From the NCBI GenBank assembly GCA_964452565.1, contig CAYVLY010000003.1, forward strand, positions 22,555 through 86,554: a DNA stretch of 64,000 nt, in the 5' to 3' direction. The notes below the pieces were generated by a model. It was not told the DNA's origin, did no database searches, and worked only from the letters and a program-made list of their open reading frames with translations. This stretch comes from an uncultured Gammaproteobacteria bacterium (lineage in GTDB: Bacteria > Patescibacteriota > Patescibacteriia > UBA9934). Of this stretch, positions 1 to 9,873 are shown piece after piece. The position numbers were made by a program, and so were the translations under genes. Each line of letters begins with the position of its first letter. The first letter of the stretch is position 1.

Positions 1-512
1 AGGGTGTAGATATATTAATCGAGTCATGCGCGCGCCTTACAGATGATGTCGACTGGAATTTGATCATCGTTGGGGATGGTAATCGTCGAGGGGTTTATGA
101 AGAGTTAGCGGAACAGAAACGTATTAAAAACAAAGTTCACTTTGCTGGTCGCCTGAGCCGTGCTGATCTACCGAGATATTATCAAGCAGCTGATGTGCAC
201 GTTTTACCCGCGGTCAATCAGTGTGAGGCATTTGGATTGGTTACACTTGAGGCTGCGGCATCAGGCTTGCCATCGATTGTCTCAAATCTGCCAGGTGTGC
301 GCACACTTGTGAAAGAGCGAGAGACTGGCTTGATCGTTCCTCCATCAGATATCGGCGCTCTAACACTTGCATTAACATTTATGTTGCAAAAAGATGATCT
401 TCGACAAAAGGCTGGTCAAGAAGCTAGGGTTCGGGCAGAACAAAGGTTTGCCCCAGGTGTTATCTATAAACAGTTGAAAGACGTATACAAAAGCGCTACA
501 GTAGGTCGGTGA
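1..512 (+). CDS. Glycosyltransferase family 4 (GT-B), 5'-truncated by window edge
   Basis: Frame is open from position 3 (GVDILIESC...). Contains the EAFGLVTLEAAASGLP GT4 motif. Confidence 0.9.
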   Translation, partial: GVDILIESCARLTDDVDWNLIIVGDGNRRGVYEELAEQKRIKNKVHFAGRLSRADLPRYYQAADVHVLPAVNQCEAFGLVTLEAAASGLPSIVSNLPGVRTLVKERETGLIVPPSDIGALTLALTFMLQKDDLRQKAGQEARVRAEQRFAPGVIYKQLKDVYKSATVGR

Positions 513-513
513 T

Positions 514-1722
514 ATGAAAATAGGCATTATTTCGAATTTGTACCCACCATATCAGCGCGGAGGCGCTGAGTATGTTGTTGTCCGCACTGTCGAGGCGCTA
601 CTTGATCGGTGGCAGGATGTTTTTGTTATCACAGGAAAGCCATTTGCCCAACGTGGCCCACTTGATAGAGATCGCAATGCTGTTGAGCGAGTGTATAGAT
701 TTTCACCGCGTAACATCTATTTCACAATTAATGATTATAAGTTTCCGTGGATTATTAGATTGTTTTGGCACATCATTGACACAGTTTGTTCGTTTGAAAA
801 AGCAAAGGTCGAAAAGGTGTTGCGTAGCGAACAGCCTAGCGTTGTGATGACCCACAACATCAAGGGTCTAGGGCTCCAAATCCCACGATCGCTACAAAAG
901 ATGAACATCCCACATATTCATATCATGCATGATCTGCAGTTGATTTACCCGTCTGGGCTTCTAATCTGGGGAAGAGAGCAGTTTTCATGGATGTTCAAGC
1001 CTGCGTATTCGGCTTATCGATTCTTTACGCGTCGCGCGATTGGTAAGCCAGATCTGGTGATTTTCCCATCAAAGTTTCTAATGGATAAGTATAAGGAGTT
1101 TAGATTTTTCAAAGACACTGAAATGATTGTGATGCCAAATCCCGCACCAGCATTTGACATTCATCCAAAGGACGAGCGACTTGAAGGTCCGCTTAGAATT
1201 TTGTTTGTTGGTCAACTTGAAAAGCACAAGGGGATCAAGCTTTTGATCGACGCATTTAAAAAGCTCAGATTTAAAGCTCTTCTAAACATTGCAGGAGAGG
1301 GAACTGAACGTAAGTATCTTGAGACTCAGGCAAAGGCAAATAAGCCGATTACTGATCTTGGATATGTTTCAGTTGAGCAACTAATCGATTGTTTGAAGTC
1401 GGCTGATGTTCTGGTGGTACCTTCACTTTGCTATGAGAATTCTCCAACTGTGATCTATGAGGCGCTTAGCGCAGGTATGCCTGTGATCGCAGCAGACATT
1501 GGGGGTGTCGGAGAGTTGGTTCAAGATGGGGTAAATGGTTATTTATTCAAACCTGGGGATGTTGATGATCTTGCACAGAAGTTGAGCCTTTTGAATAGTA
1601 AGAAAGAACAGTTTGGCCAGCGCGGAGCGCAGATTAAGACAACGATAGACGAGCATAGTTTGGATAACTATGCGAACAAGTTGATGGGGTTGCTGAATGG
1701 TGTGGTAAAAAAGAAGAAATAG
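514..1722 (+). CDS. Glycosyltransferase family 4
   Basis: MKIGIISNLYPP..GGAE N-terminus, FVGQLEKHKG and ENSPTVIYEA motifs. Confidence 0.9.
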   Translation: MKIGIISNLYPPYQRGGAEYVVVRTVEALLDRWQDVFVITGKPFAQRGPLDRDRNAVERVYRFSPRNIYFTINDYKFPWIIRLFWHIIDTVCSFEKAKVEKVLRSEQPSVVMTHNIKGLGLQIPRSLQKMNIPHIHIMHDLQLIYPSGLLIWGREQFSWMFKPAYSAYRFFTRRAIGKPDLVIFPSKFLMDKYKEFRFFKDTEMIVMPNPAPAFDIHPKDERLEGPLRILFVGQLEKHKGIKLLIDAFKKLRFKALLNIAGEGTERKYLETQAKANKPITDLGYVSVEQLIDCLKSADVLVVPSLCYENSPTVIYEALSAGMPVIAADIGGVGELVQDGVNGYLFKPGDVDDLAQKLSLLNSKKEQFGQRGAQIKTTIDEHSLDNYANKLMGLLNGVVKKKK

Positions 1723-1741
1723 TGAAAGAACAGAAAGCTGG

Positions 1742-1770
1742 TTGACAAAGCTGGTTTCTTGTTTTACTTT
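1742..1770 (+). promoter_or_regulatory. Sigma70-type promoter of GC-rich gene 1
   Basis: TTGACA-17 bp-TACTTT. Confidence 0.7.
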
Positions 1771-1827
1771 AGGGACTGTTGCAAAACACTGTACCTTTAG
1801 ATGCCCGAAAAGGGCAGGAGACAAGAC

Positions 1828-2985
1828 ATGCCTCTCGAAAGACTTCACGCGACTCTGATCATCACCGGCGCTCCCATGGACAAGGTCCCAGCCGACCTGA
1901 TGGCACCGGTGGTACGCAGCGGTGACGTACTCGCGCAGATCGGGGTCGGTGTATATGTCGACGTCAATGCCGCGCAGGGCGATCATGGCTCGGTGGTTAT
2001 GCATGGTGTGGGTGGAAGCAGAGTGACGTACAGAGACATCTTTGCGGCTCAGCGCGCAGACCGGCATATGCGTTCCTACTATGCGGGCGTGTATCAGCAG
2101 GTTCTGCTCGCCTGTATGATGTGCCGCAACGCGCTCCAGCAGACCTGGTTCGTGGAAAGTACAGATGCCGGGCGTATCAGGGAGTACACCGCACTTATCA
2201 CTTCAGCGATCGAGGAGCTGGAGGGCAGGAGGCAGGGTTTCCTTGAGTCGGCTCAGGAGATCCTGGAGTGTGCTGCAAGCCTTGACGATGTGCTCGGACG
2301 GTTCAATCCGTTCAGCCGCGCGGCTATGCTCTGCGCTATCATGCGTCGGCTGGAGGGCTATGCGAACTTCCGCTCCGAGATCATCGGTGAGGTGGGTCTG
2401 CGTGATCAGGCTCTCTACATGGAGCTTGAGCGCACCATGGCTATTCTTTACTGGGTGACCATGGAGCTGACCGAGATGTCACGGTGGTGGCGCGACAGTC
2501 GCTGGGTCAAGGACGACAACCATGCTCGACGGCTAGCCAAGCGCATGGGTGTGTGCGTTGAGATGCTCCAGCAGATCGTAGTCAAGCCTTTCCGGGCCTT
2601 GGCGTACAGAACCAGGCAGGACGTGGAGATGGTGGGTGGTTTGATCGAACACCCCTCTGCCCGCGACGCCGAGGCGGCCAACTTCCTGGACCGCGCCCTA
2701 CGCGCTTTGCAGCTGCCCCAGATGCATTGCCAGATCCACGAGATCATCGCGGCTGTGTCGCTGGCTGATCGTTGGGGTTCGCGTTTTGAGGAGCACGAGA
2801 TTGTGGCTGCCCTGCGCGTGCTGCGGCCTGTACATGACCAGCTCGGACGTCTTGATGACCGCGATTTCCAGACCAGGATCGTGGATCTGATGCACATGAA
2901 TCTCGGTTTGGCCATGACGGAATTCCAAGGTAGCTGCCGGCTCAAGCCGGTCAAGCGTTTGCTCCTCGATGCTGTCGCAAGCTAG
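1828..2985 (+). CDS. GC-rich orphan, predicted mostly helical protein (~385 aa)
   Basis: Long ORF at about 60% GC. AGGAG at 1816-1820 precedes ATG 1828; the alternative start is 1801. No recognisable motif. Confidence 0.75.
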   Translation: MPLERLHATLIITGAPMDKVPADLMAPVVRSGDVLAQIGVGVYVDVNAAQGDHGSVVMHGVGGSRVTYRDIFAAQRADRHMRSYYAGVYQQVLLACMMCRNALQQTWFVESTDAGRIREYTALITSAIEELEGRRQGFLESAQEILECAASLDDVLGRFNPFSRAAMLCAIMRRLEGYANFRSEIIGEVGLRDQALYMELERTMAILYWVTMELTEMSRWWRDSRWVKDDNHARRLAKRMGVCVEMLQQIVVKPFRALAYRTRQDVEMVGGLIEHPSARDAEAANFLDRALRALQLPQMHCQIHEIIAAVSLADRWGSRFEEHEIVAALRVLRPVHDQLGRLDDRDFQTRIVDLMHMNLGLAMTEFQGSCRLKPVKRLLLDAVAS

Positions 2986-3012
2986 GCCGCAACTCGACTT
3001 CTGATCGACAAT

Positions 3013-3060
3013 ACCCCACGGGCACTCCCGTGGGGTTCAAGCCATAAAAATAGGCTTTTT
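3013..3060 (+). terminator. Hairpins ending GC-rich gene 1
   Basis: ACCCCACGGG-cact-CCCGTGGGGT, then AAGCC..GGCTT plus a T-run. Confidence 0.65.
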
Positions 3061-3063
3061 TGT

Positions 3064-3092
3064 TCAAGGTTGAACCTCTGAGGTTTAACCTC
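3064..3092. repeat. Two REP-like AGGTTNAACCT palindromes
   Basis: TCAAGGTTGAACCT and GAGGTTTAACCTC match the palindromes flanking the RAYT gene. Confidence 0.7.
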
Positions 3093-3100
3093 CTAATTCT

Positions 3101-5209
3101 CTATTCTTTTTCAAATACAAACACTGTCACAGCTCCGTCGCCGAGGGCGAACCAGTCTATTGCTTCGTTTTTTGCGTGTTCGATTATTGTGTCAGATTCC
3201 CACCAGTACTCACTTACAACAAAGAATCCGAGTTCAACTCCAGCATAATCCATGGCTTGATTCATGACCTCAGCTGTTGGTTCCTCATCGGTCATTTCAA
3301 GGAAGTAGTTGTACATTGCACCACCAGTCGGAATTGGATAGTAGAAAATGTCACCGTGATAATAGTGAGCAAAGCCATATGCCTCAAGCGCTGCAGATGA
3401 TGTGGCCTGGTTTGCTAGAACAATGTAATCGACATTGTCTGCATATTCCTCGATCGCGTACACAGCGTCAAAGTCAGCCTGAGCAACATTGAATCCCGCA
3501 GAGCGCGCATAATTATCATGTCGCGGATAAGCGCCGTAGATCATTCCAGTTGATACGATTGTTGCGATAAGCACATAGGCGAGTCGGAGTGATGCTGGCT
3601 TTTCTTTGAGCCGTGCCCAGATTTCAGAAAGTGCAATGCTGACATATGGGATCAAAAAGATAATTGCCATTGTCAACAATCGGTCAGCATAGTTGGTTCG
3701 TTCGTATTCGATAAGGAATTCAAACTGCAGTGCTAACGTAAGTATCAAATAACTAACAAGCGATGCGATTGCAGCGTAGAGCCCAGAACAAAGTCCATGG
3801 GGCAGCTTTTCGATACGTGCAAAGATCACTCCAATGATTGCTAAGATCAATACAATCCAAAGGTGATTGTCGATTACTAGATATAGAAGATCGAACCAGG
3901 AGCTGAACTGGTTGTTTAAGAATCCCGTCAGATTCAGTTGGTCCCATGAGAGATTTGTTAGAGAGAATTGAATGTCAAGATTCGAAGCACGGGACTGCCA
4001 AACAAAGATGAGTGGTAACGCAAGCGCTCCAAGGATTGTTATGATCGAAGTCAGTGTCACTCGAATGGCTCTTGTTGCATTGATGCGGCTGATGAATACG
4101 AGTACAAAGTAGAATGCTGCAGGGATGCCCGCGAGAGGATGTGTTATTAAAATGGCTAGTGTCAGAATCGCCAGGAACCCGAGATATGGTTTAGATTCGA
4201 TCTTGTTCATCAAAAGCGGTAGCGATGTTAGTACGAGGCAGGCTGTGAGGATGTAAGCCAACGATTGGGGTGTTGTGCTTATGAAGGCTCCAAGCGGTAG
4301 TAGGAAGAGTGCTATAAGCATCATGCGCCAATTAGAGCCCAAAGTCCTAATCGCAGCCGCAGCGCTCAAGGGAATCAAGAATGCAGCAGCAAGAGGTACT
4401 AATAGACTGTCTATCAGCTTTATCGGAAGCGCAAAGATAAGTGCTCCAATCAACTCAAGTGCATATTGCCCAATGTAGTACATCGGTTTTGGTGTGATAG
4501 TTCCATGCTCTGCAATGTGTTCGATTGTTGCTCTGTGAATGAATGGGTCAAAGCCATAGCCGTTTGTGTAGATCAAAACTGCGATTGTGAGTGAGCTTGC
4601 GAAAAGCAAAATTAGAAGTGTAGTTGTGAGTTTTGAAACTGACCGACCTATCATGGTGATGAGCACGAGTGTGGCAATCGCTATAGCAATTAAAATCCGT
4701 GGATCAACAGCATCCCAAGGAGATCGAATCGCATCAATAACTTCGATTGGTAGAATATGCGACCACCAAGCTGCGAGTGCTAAGAGTACAATTATCGCCG
4801 CCGTAGCCGTACGTCCCCCTTCCCACCCTTCGAATTCCTCAGGGTGCCCTGAGCCTGTCGAATGGGCAGGGGGACAACAGGGGGTTGCCGTTGTTTTTTT
4901 TGATGCTATCGAAGATATGGCAAGCACTGCGACAAGCAGAAGGCTCAAGCTAAGGGTTGTAACAGATCCAAAGTAGTAGATTGCACTGCCGCCCAGCATC
5001 AATAATGAAAGCCCACAGAGAAGTCCGATGATGAAAGTTTCCAGCATTGATCGATCATTTGCGAAGCGTGACCCAAGCAACATTGATAAGCTCCACAGGA
5101 ATCCCAAAGCCGCTAAGGCGCCAAGCACAGGATTCACAATTGTCACAAGATTTACCCATGCAATAAGCAGGAAAGTCATTCCAAAAAGGGTATGGCGAAT
5201 GTTTGTCAT
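3101..5209 (-). CDS. Polytopic membrane protein, possibly a GT-C-fold glycosyltransferase
   Basis: 702 aa with many TM segments, GYGFDPFIH loop and acidic extracytoplasmic C-terminus. Confidence 0.7.
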   Translation of the reverse strand: MTNIRHTLFGMTFLLIAWVNLVTIVNPVLGALAALGFLWSLSMLLGSRFANDRSMLETFIIGLLCGLSLLMLGGSAIYYFGSVTTLSLSLLLVAVLAISSIASKKTTATPCCPPAHSTGSGHPEEFEGWEGGRTATAAIIVLLALAAWWSHILPIEVIDAIRSPWDAVDPRILIAIAIATLVLITMIGRSVSKLTTTLLILLFASSLTIAVLIYTNGYGFDPFIHRATIEHIAEHGTITPKPMYYIGQYALELIGALIFALPIKLIDSLLVPLAAAFLIPLSAAAAIRTLGSNWRMMLIALFLLPLGAFISTTPQSLAYILTACLVLTSLPLLMNKIESKPYLGFLAILTLAILITHPLAGIPAAFYFVLVFISRINATRAIRVTLTSIITILGALALPLIFVWQSRASNLDIQFSLTNLSWDQLNLTGFLNNQFSSWFDLLYLVIDNHLWIVLILAIIGVIFARIEKLPHGLCSGLYAAIASLVSYLILTLALQFEFLIEYERTNYADRLLTMAIIFLIPYVSIALSEIWARLKEKPASLRLAYVLIATIVSTGMIYGAYPRHDNYARSAGFNVAQADFDAVYAIEEYADNVDYIVLANQATSSAALEAYGFAHYYHGDIFYYPIPTGGAMYNYFLEMTDEEPTAEVMNQAMDYAGVELGFFVVSEYWWESDTIIEHAKNEAIDWFALGDGAVTVFVFEKE
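4814..4887. repeat. Nested palindromic repeat inserted in-frame in a CDS
   Basis: CCCTTCGA..CTCAGGG/CCCTGAG..GTCGAA.GGG lies inside a TCCCCCT..AGGGGGA..AGGGGGTT element. Relatives are intergenic at 41011 and 12602. Confidence 0.7.
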
Positions 5210-5231
5210 ATACGATATGATTATAACATCT
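5210..5231. promoter_or_regulatory. 22-bp divergent promoter region
   Basis: Minus strand has TGtTATAAT; plus strand has TACGAT/TATGAT. Lies between ATGs at 5209(-) and 5232(+). Confidence 0.5.
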
Positions 5232-5801
5232 ATGCGTGATCCGTATCAGCTCTACCCGCATGACTATCTAATGAAGCCGATTATTGACATGATTCCGGAG
5301 TTTTTGCGTCCGAATCATTTTACTATCGCGCGCATGGTGCTAACGCCAGTTGTTCTGGCTTTATTGTTTTTCGAGGTCTATGATTATGGAGTGCCACTTT
5401 TCATCATCGTAACCTTCACTGATGCTATTGATGGGTCATTGGCACGATGGCGCAGGCAGATAACAAAGTGGGGAACTTTTTATGATCCAGTAGCAGATAA
5501 ACTTTTGATTGGTTCAGTCATCTTACTTATCCTTTTGCAGCACGTAAACCCACTTCTGGGTTACATAATAATAATGCTTGAGGCATTGATGATGATAGGC
5601 GGATGGTATAAGAGACGTAAAGGAGAAAAGTGCCAGGCAAATGTGTGGGGTAAGATCAAGATGCTTTTGCAGGTATCTGGTGTGGTGTTTTTGCTTTTAG
5701 CACTTTGGCTTGGGGTAGATATGTTTGTTCCTATATCAAATGGAACATTAATTTTAGCTGTCTTGTTTGCGGTTGTAGCGCTCTTAACATACAGTTTGTG
5801 A
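5232..5801 (+). CDS. CDP-alcohol phosphatidyltransferase (PgsA-like)
   Basis: PN..T..R and TDAIDGSLAR...TKWGTFYDPVADK motifs. Start moved to MRDPY. Confidence 0.9.
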   Translation: MRDPYQLYPHDYLMKPIIDMIPEFLRPNHFTIARMVLTPVVLALLFFEVYDYGVPLFIIVTFTDAIDGSLARWRRQITKWGTFYDPVADKLLIGSVILLILLQHVNPLLGYIIIMLEALMMIGGWYKRRKGEKCQANVWGKIKMLLQVSGVVFLLLALWLGVDMFVPISNGTLILAVLFAVVALLTYSL

Positions 5802-5802
5802 T

Positions 5803-7416
5803 ATGAAACAAATGAGCATAATCAGGAGCGTTGCTTTAATCCTCTTTTTTTTCTCTGTTGTATTTTTTGCATATTCACCATCAGAGATGATTTTCAACTC
5901 ACCAGATGAAAATGCTAATGCTGTTTTTGCGCTTGAGTTTGCAGATGACTCAATGTTTGCGATCCCATCAAGCTTTGATCAGGCCTGGAATGTTTTAGTG
6001 CATCCCCGCAGTACATTAGTGGTGTCCGATCGAATAGTGCCGGTGAGCTTCACAGGACTGTCAGTAGTTGCAGGACTAGTTGCGTCAGTCTTTGGTTGTT
6101 GGTCAATCATGCTTGTCACCCCGATTCTGGCTATTCTTGCGATTATTGCATGGCGCCAAAGCATTTATCAAATATTTAATAATGGTCGGCTTGCAGACCT
6201 TGCGGCGCTCTTTTTGATGATTCATCCCGCGTTCTGGCACTACACTGGCAGGACGATGATGCATAATGTCGGCTTTGTAGCGCTACTAGTCATCGCCTTT
6301 TATTTCTTTGTAAATCAACCGTTAAGATCTTATTGGAAAAATAGTTGGTACCTAGACGAGATTCTAGCAGGTATTGGGGTCGGCCTGGCGCTTGCATTTC
6401 GATCATCAGAGGTGATTTGGGTAGTTGCGATTATCGCAGCTCTATTGATTTGGAGGCGTGCTTCTATTGGGTGGCAGCGTATTCTGGTATTCGTTGTTTC
6501 GATCGCCATTATGCTTTTGCCGTTTTTGGCTCTAAACAATGCGTTGTACGGAGCCCCGTGGCTAACTGGATATACCGTGGAGTCTGTATCCCCTTTTTCC
6601 GAGGGCGGAATAGGGGTTGCTGCTATCGATCAGACTGAAGAATCTCTTCCTGGAATCCTTGGAATCCTATTTCCATTTGGAATTCATGAGATGAACATGC
6701 TGCGCAATGTTTTGGACTATGGGTTCTTTTTGTATCCATGGATGAGCGGACTTTCGATATTAGGAATAATTTTTGTGTTCAAAAGAAAGGAGTGGAGACT
6801 GTGGCTTATAGTGACAATCGGACTCTCGATTTGGATGGCACTGGTCTACGGGAGTTGGAAGTTTTCAGACAATCCGGATGCTTCAATCCTTACAGTCGGA
6901 AATTCGTATGCACGTTATTGGTTGCCATTGTTTGTGCTTGCATCGATTTTTGCAGCAGCAGCAGTTGATAGGGTAACTACCTGGATTGAAAAGCGTAAAC
7001 TGCCATTTGCATCAGGTGTGCCGTGGGCTATCGCTGTTATCACAATCTTGTTTTCTACAAGACTGGTGGTGTGGGGAGCTGACGGCTTCATTCAGACTAA
7101 TCAAAATATTGAATCATTTATTGAAAAGAAAGATATTGTGCTTGAGCACACTTCAGAAGACTCAATCATAATAGTAGACATGGCAGATAAGTATTTATTT
7201 CCAGATCGTAGCGTTGTAACACCACTTCGTGATGATGTGGTCTACGCGTTGATCCCAGAAATGATCGAAGCAACAGACCTACTTTACTTTGGTATAACAC
7301 TGCCAAATGAGGATATTCAATATCTTGAAAATGTGATTTTTGAGAACGTTGATATTACAGTGGAAGAGGTTATTACTGTCGAGGACGAGACACTGTATCG
7401 ATTTATAAAGCACTAA
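5803..7416 (+). CDS. GT-C/PMT-like membrane glycosyltransferase
   Basis: SPDE in first loop, multiple TMs, RYWLP motif. Confidence 0.65.
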   Translation: MKQMSIIRSVALILFFFSVVFFAYSPSEMIFNSPDENANAVFALEFADDSMFAIPSSFDQAWNVLVHPRSTLVVSDRIVPVSFTGLSVVAGLVASVFGCWSIMLVTPILAILAIIAWRQSIYQIFNNGRLADLAALFLMIHPAFWHYTGRTMMHNVGFVALLVIAFYFFVNQPLRSYWKNSWYLDEILAGIGVGLALAFRSSEVIWVVAIIAALLIWRRASIGWQRILVFVVSIAIMLLPFLALNNALYGAPWLTGYTVESVSPFSEGGIGVAAIDQTEESLPGILGILFPFGIHEMNMLRNVLDYGFFLYPWMSGLSILGIIFVFKRKEWRLWLIVTIGLSIWMALVYGSWKFSDNPDASILTVGNSYARYWLPLFVLASIFAAAAVDRVTTWIEKRKLPFASGVPWAIAVITILFSTRLVVWGADGFIQTNQNIESFIEKKDIVLEHTSEDSIIIVDMADKYLFPDRSVVTPLRDDVVYALIPEMIEATDLLYFGITLPNEDIQYLENVIFENVDITVEEVITVEDETLYRFIKH

Positions 7417-7417
7417 C

Positions 7418-8881
7418 ATGTCAAAGCGCATCATCCAAATTCTAATAATTCTAATACCGGTTGTGATTTTTATCTGGTTACTTTGGATTGATCTGTGCCC
7501 CTCTGGCGTAAAGGAGGTATCAATCGAAGTGGGTGAATCAAGTCCTTACATCTACAGCATACTGCCAGATGAACGAGTATCAGATATTGAGTTTACTGAT
7601 GCGGGTGATGTATTTGTCACGATTGAAGATGAGCCAACATACTTTAGTGTGACATTACCGCAAACAGATTTTGATGAGATAGAGGTGGAACTTGAGTTTG
7701 ATTCATACTTACAGCCTGTGATCGAAGTTGGAGGCTTGGCAGACATCTACTCGGAGAGTTATGACTTAGAGCCGCTTCTAAATACTGAGCTTGATCAGCT
7801 GACATGGTCAGAGATTTCAGATGACGGGGTCAGACTCCTACAACGTGAATACAATTTTGATTCAATACCCGAGTTTTTTGTGAACATGCCTGATCGTGAT
7901 TCAATTGGTGTTTATCACTATGACCTTAAAGAGCCATATCGAATATCTAACTATCGGGCCTCAAGCTCCGAGCAGACGGTCAATGTCTCGTTACGCGGAT
8001 ATCATAAATATCTGACCTATATCAAAGACGAGGATTTTTACCTCGAAGTTGATTATATGGACATGAACCGCACTACTGGCGTAGATGATGCGGTGATTCG
8101 TATTCGAAACGAGCTAGATGAGGTCATGTTCGAATACTTTATCTATGATGATGGAAATGAGTTGGAGAATCAGATTGATTCAGAAGGAACCGCTATCATC
8201 GATCAGTCTAACTGGCCCGAAGGTGTATATTCGATCGAATTATCTGGAACAAGTGATGTGTTCTGGCGGTCGTTAACAACAAGACAGCAGTACATGACGT
8301 TTGTTGGCAAGGTCTATATTGCAGATGATGTTGGGTATCTTGCATCTCCACGTGCAACAAGTTTTTACACAGATGCAAAGCATCTGACACTTGAAACAAC
8401 GCATGCAGATTCGGTTCAAAGCGTACGTATCGGATCCGAATGGGTTGGAGTGTCGGAAAGTCATACAAAGTATAAGTACACAGTTGATGATACTGGTTTA
8501 GTGTATGGATACTCGTCAGTTGGCGACATAAAGATCACTGGAGATGGGAAGTTTGCCTTCACAGGCAGCATGTTTTTCAATCCTGACGCTGTATCACTAA
8601 ATGCCTATTCAGATATCAACGCCTTAGGAATTGACTACATTCTTACAACGTATGATCAGCCTGATCAAAGCGAGGATTGGAGTACTGCCTCGGCAACATT
8701 TGAGATTGGATCACTTGAGAATTTCGATAACTCTACGAAGTTCACGATCTCAACACCTGGTTTGATCGAATTCGGTGCAGCTGTTGATATACACTCGATT
8801 GCGGTTCGATTCTTGAAAGACCCAATGACCTGGCGCGAGATCCTATCGGCAGTTCGAAATCTAATACCATTTGGGATTTAG
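7418..8881 (+). CDS. Membrane-anchored acidic extracellular hypothetical protein
   Basis: N-terminal TM followed by a beta-rich Asp/Glu-rich body. Confidence 0.7.
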   Translation: MSKRIIQILIILIPVVIFIWLLWIDLCPSGVKEVSIEVGESSPYIYSILPDERVSDIEFTDAGDVFVTIEDEPTYFSVTLPQTDFDEIEVELEFDSYLQPVIEVGGLADIYSESYDLEPLLNTELDQLTWSEISDDGVRLLQREYNFDSIPEFFVNMPDRDSIGVYHYDLKEPYRISNYRASSSEQTVNVSLRGYHKYLTYIKDEDFYLEVDYMDMNRTTGVDDAVIRIRNELDEVMFEYFIYDDGNELENQIDSEGTAIIDQSNWPEGVYSIELSGTSDVFWRSLTTRQQYMTFVGKVYIADDVGYLASPRATSFYTDAKHLTLETTHADSVQSVRIGSEWVGVSESHTKYKYTVDDTGLVYGYSSVGDIKITGDGKFAFTGSMFFNPDAVSLNAYSDINALGIDYILTTYDQPDQSEDWSTASATFEIGSLENFDNSTKFTISTPGLIEFGAAVDIHSIAVRFLKDPMTWREILSAVRNLIPFGI

Positions 8882-8882
8882 T

Positions 8883-9527
8883 ATGAGAAAACTATTTTTA
8901 ACATCAAGCTCAGATTTACTTTATGATCATTTGCAGGGTTTTCTCGAAAAGCCTGTAGATGAAGTTAAAATTGCTTGGATAACAACAGCAAAGAAAGGAT
9001 CGCCAAACAAGGAATATGTGGAAAAACATCGTAAGAAGATGAATCAGTTAGGGTGGAAGTTCACGGAGATCGATATCGAGGGAAAAACAGAAGAAGAGCT
9101 AAGAGAGTTGCTTGAAGACAAGGATATTATATACATGCACGGAGGTAATACTTTTTATCTCCTTAGGGCGATCAAGGCTGGAATATTTGAGAAGGTATTA
9201 GCAGAAAAGCTAGATCAGGGAGCGTTATATGTTGGTACAAGTGCAGGTACTTACGTGGCCTGCCCAACAATCGAAATGGCTGAATGGAAGCGCGATAGAA
9301 GATATTTTAGATTTGAAGATCAGGACTTAATTGCGATGGGTTTGGTGTCTTTTCTTGTAATGGTTCATTTCGAACCAAAGCATGAAGAAGACATCAGAGT
9401 AGGGATGAGTAAAACTGACTTAGATGTTTATGTATTAAGTGATGAGCAGGGTTTATATGTTGAGGATGGTGAAGTTCGATTGGTCGGGAAAGGTGATAGA
9501 ATTCAGTTAGATAAATATGCAAAGTAG
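8883..9527 (+). CDS. Peptidase S51 (peptidase E-like)
   Basis: GGNTFYLL and GTSAG motifs plus VHF. Confidence 0.85.
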   Translation: MRKLFLTSSSDLLYDHLQGFLEKPVDEVKIAWITTAKKGSPNKEYVEKHRKKMNQLGWKFTEIDIEGKTEEELRELLEDKDIIYMHGGNTFYLLRAIKAGIFEKVLAEKLDQGALYVGTSAGTYVACPTIEMAEWKRDRRYFRFEDQDLIAMGLVSFLVMVHFEPKHEEDIRVGMSKTDLDVYVLSDEQGLYVEDGEVRLVGKGDRIQLDKYAK

Positions 9528-9855
9528 CATTGCGAAAACTGCGTTTTTGACGAGCCTTATTAGTTACGGTGTGTTTTTGTTGTTTGAATACTTGCGGCCG
9601 GGGTTTGTACAATACGTGTTTTCAGTGCATTGGTTCCTGGTTTTGATCATCGGAACAGGAATTTGGTATGCGGTTGTGGCTCAAGACCATGCACGTCGAA
9701 ATACTTTGTGGCGCTTGGCCCAGTTGATCATCGGATTGCTGCTAATGGTCGTTCTGCTGCGGGAAGGTGAAGTGTTTGGTGATTTTCGAATCTTGGTGGC
9801 TGTCATTGGGCTTGCTTTGCCGTTTGCAGTTGCGCGTCTGCTCAGATCGAATTAA
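9517..9855 (+). CDS. Small 4-TM membrane protein
   Basis: Hydrophobic 112-aa ORF coupled to its neighbours. Confidence 0.7.
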   Translation: MQSSIAKTAFLTSLISYGVFLLFEYLRPGFVQYVFSVHWFLVLIIGTGIWYAVVAQDHARRNTLWRLAQLIIGLLLMVVLLREGEVFGDFRILVAVIGLALPFAVARLLRSN

Positions 9856-9873
9856 TATTTAAGACCCATAATT

